Positions 62,416 to 64,000 of a stretch of DNA of 64,000 nt are shown here, one piece after another (positions within the stretch are counted from its first letter, which is position 1; every line of letters starts with the position of its first letter). A program made the translations under genes and the position numbers. Under the pieces are notes generated by a model. That model worked only from the letters and a program-made list of their open reading frames with translations, was not told where the DNA came from and searched no databases. The stretch is from contig OZ250169.1 of NCBI GenBank assembly GCA_965237955.1, positions 7,136,001-7,200,000 of the forward strand, written 5' to 3'. The stretch is from Candidatus Marinacidobacterales bacterium. GTDB taxonomy: Bacteria; Acidobacteriota; Vicinamibacteria; Marinacidobacterales; SMYC01.

Positions 62416-63323
62416 TGCAGATCGGGATGATCGGTCTCGGCAAGATGGGCGCCAACATGACGACGCGTCTCGTGAACGGCGGGCATCATATCGTCGTCAC
62501 CGACCGGAAACCCGAAGCAGTCGAAGCTGCTGCGGCTGGCGGCGCCGTCCCGGCGAAATCCCTGGACGATCTCGCCGAGAGTCTCGACGCACCGCGGGTG
62601 ATCTGGGTCATGGTGCCTTCGGGCGCTCCGACCGAGAGCGTCCTTGACGCGCTCTCCCAACGCCTGGATGACGACGATCTCGTCGTCGACGGTGGCAACA
62701 GCAACTACAAGGAGACCTTGCGACGCGGCGAGCTCTTGAAAGAGAAAGGAATCAACTTCGTCGACGTCGGTACGAGCGGCGGAGTCTGGGGCCTCACCGA
62801 GGGCTACGCCATGATGGTGGGTGGCGACGAGCGTGCGGTCGAAAGACTACGACCCGTGCTCGAAACCCTCGCGCCCGCGCCGGACCGTGGATGGGGCCAC
62901 GTCGGCCCGAGCGGCGCCGGCCACTTCGTGAAGATGATCCATAACGGCATCGAGTACGGCATGATGCAGGCCTATGCCGAAGGGTTCGAAGTGATGAAGC
63001 AAAAGGAAGAGCTCGAGCTAGATGTTCATCAAATCGCCGAGATTTGGCGCCACGGGAGCGTGGTGCGCTCGTGGCTGCTCGACTTGACCGCGCGCGCCCT
63101 CGAAGAGGATCAGGACCTGACCGATATCAAAGGGTGGGTCGCCGACAGTGGCGAGGGCCGGTGGACGGTCGCGGAGGCGATCGACCTCGACGTGCCTGCT
63201 CCGGTGATCACGATGTCGCTCCTCATGCGCTTCGTCAGCCGTCAGGACGACAGCTACGCCGCGAAGCTTTTGGCAGCGATGCGCAACCAGTTCGGCGGCC
63301 ACGCGATCCAAAAGCATGACTAG
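62412..63323 (+). CDS. gnd: 6-phosphogluconate dehydrogenase, decarboxylating (short form)
   Basis: [40 protein letters not shown]. Confidence 0.95.
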   Translation: MMQIGMIGLGKMGANMTTRLVNGGHHIVVTDRKPEAVEAAAAGGAVPAKSLDDLAESLDAPRVIWVMVPSGAPTESVLDALSQRLDDDDLVVDGGNSNYKETLRRGELLKEKGINFVDVGTSGGVWGLTEGYAMMVGGDERAVERLRPVLETLAPAPDRGWGHVGPSGAGHFVKMIHNGIEYGMMQAYAEGFEVMKQKEELELDVHQIAEIWRHGSVVRSWLLDLTARALEEDQDLTDIKGWVADSGEGRWTVAEAIDLDVPAPVITMSLLMRFVSRQDDSYAAKLLAAMRNQFGGHAIQKHD

Positions 63324-64000
63324 CACTTGCATTGTCATCTTCGGCGCGTCCGGAGATCTCACCAAGCGCAAGCTCATCCCCGCGCTCTCGCGCTTACATC
63401 AAAAAGGACGCCTCGATGGAGATGTTCGTATTGTCGGGTTCGCGCGCCGCTCCTACACCGACGACGCTTTCCGGGCGCTCTTCGCAGACAGCATCGACGA
63501 CGAGCTCGCCCGCCGTCTCTTCTACGTTCGCGGCGATCTGGGAGACGCCGAAGACTACGCGACTCTGGACGCCCGTCTTTCCGAGCTCGAGAACGGAGCC
63601 GCGGACCGCCTCTACTACTTCTCCGTCGCCCCGCGGTTCAACGAACCGATGGTCGCGCACCTCGGTGCCGCCGGCATGGTGGCCGAGACCGGAGGCTATC
63701 GCCGCGCTGTCATCGAAAAGCCCTTCGGGCGTGATCTCGAATCCGCAAGATCGCTCAACAACGCGGTTCAAGCCGTGTTCGATGAAAGCCAGGTGTATCG
63801 CATCGATCACTATCTAGGGAAGGAAACCTCCCAGAACATCTTGTTCTTCCGTTTCGGGAATACGGTATTCGAGCCTCTGTGGAATCGAAACTTCATCGAC
63901 CACGTTCAGATCACCGTCGCCGAGTCTGTCGACGTCGGTCATCGAGCCGGGTTCTACGACACGACCGGTGTGCTTCGCGACATGTTCCAGAACCACCTGC
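63316..64000 (+). CDS. zwf: glucose-6-phosphate dehydrogenase (runs off the window end)
   Basis: Absent from the ORF track; [39 protein letters not shown]. Confidence 0.95.
   Translation, partial: MTSTCIVIFGASGDLTKRKLIPALSRLHQKGRLDGDVRIVGFARRSYTDDAFRALFADSIDDELARRLFYVRGDLGDAEDYATLDARLSELENGAADRLYYFSVAPRFNEPMVAHLGAAGMVAETGGYRRAVIEKPFGRDLESARSLNNAVQAVFDESQVYRIDHYLGKETSQNILFFRFGNTVFEPLWNRNFIDHVQITVAESVDVGHRAGFYDTTGVLRDMFQNHL

Overview
High-GC bacterial chromosomal window. The gene families (TolB-propeller and TPR Ser/Thr kinases, a PEP-CTERM protein, REP-like palindromes) suggest Acidobacteriota, probably Vicinamibacteria-like; this is inference only. Intact genes include addB/addA-like helicase-nuclease genes, a solenoid Ser/Thr kinase, BtpA, an SDR, an S1/P1 nuclease, a GGDEF-PilZ cyclase, a Phd-VapC pair, D-aminoacylase, a PaaZ-type ALDH, a 5'-3' exonuclease, thiolase, Dyp and fumC-gnd-zwf. 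The ORF track splits a selenocysteine peroxiredoxin (in-frame TGA at the peroxidatic site plus a SECIS-like hairpin). Four complete IS elements can be delimited by IRs and target duplications (IS21, IS3, ISL3, IS3), plus two MITEs; one MITE is only 41 bp and is pure palindrome. Removing the elements restores a 269-aa SEL1 lipoprotein and a 1865-aa DUF2341-LamG-FG-GAP/UnbV-gingipain(C25) protein in frame, and restores the local frame in pilT and an agmatinase, which carry further lesions. A solitary attC-like site borders the IS cluster, and the ISL3 and first IS3 carry long branched hairpin regions. The dominant pattern is about 14 gene remnants, several being start-plus-end fusions with the middle deleted, which points to deletion-driven erosion or assembly artefact. 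No rRNA, tRNA or CRISPR array was seen. All family calls come from recognised motifs; no database search was run.
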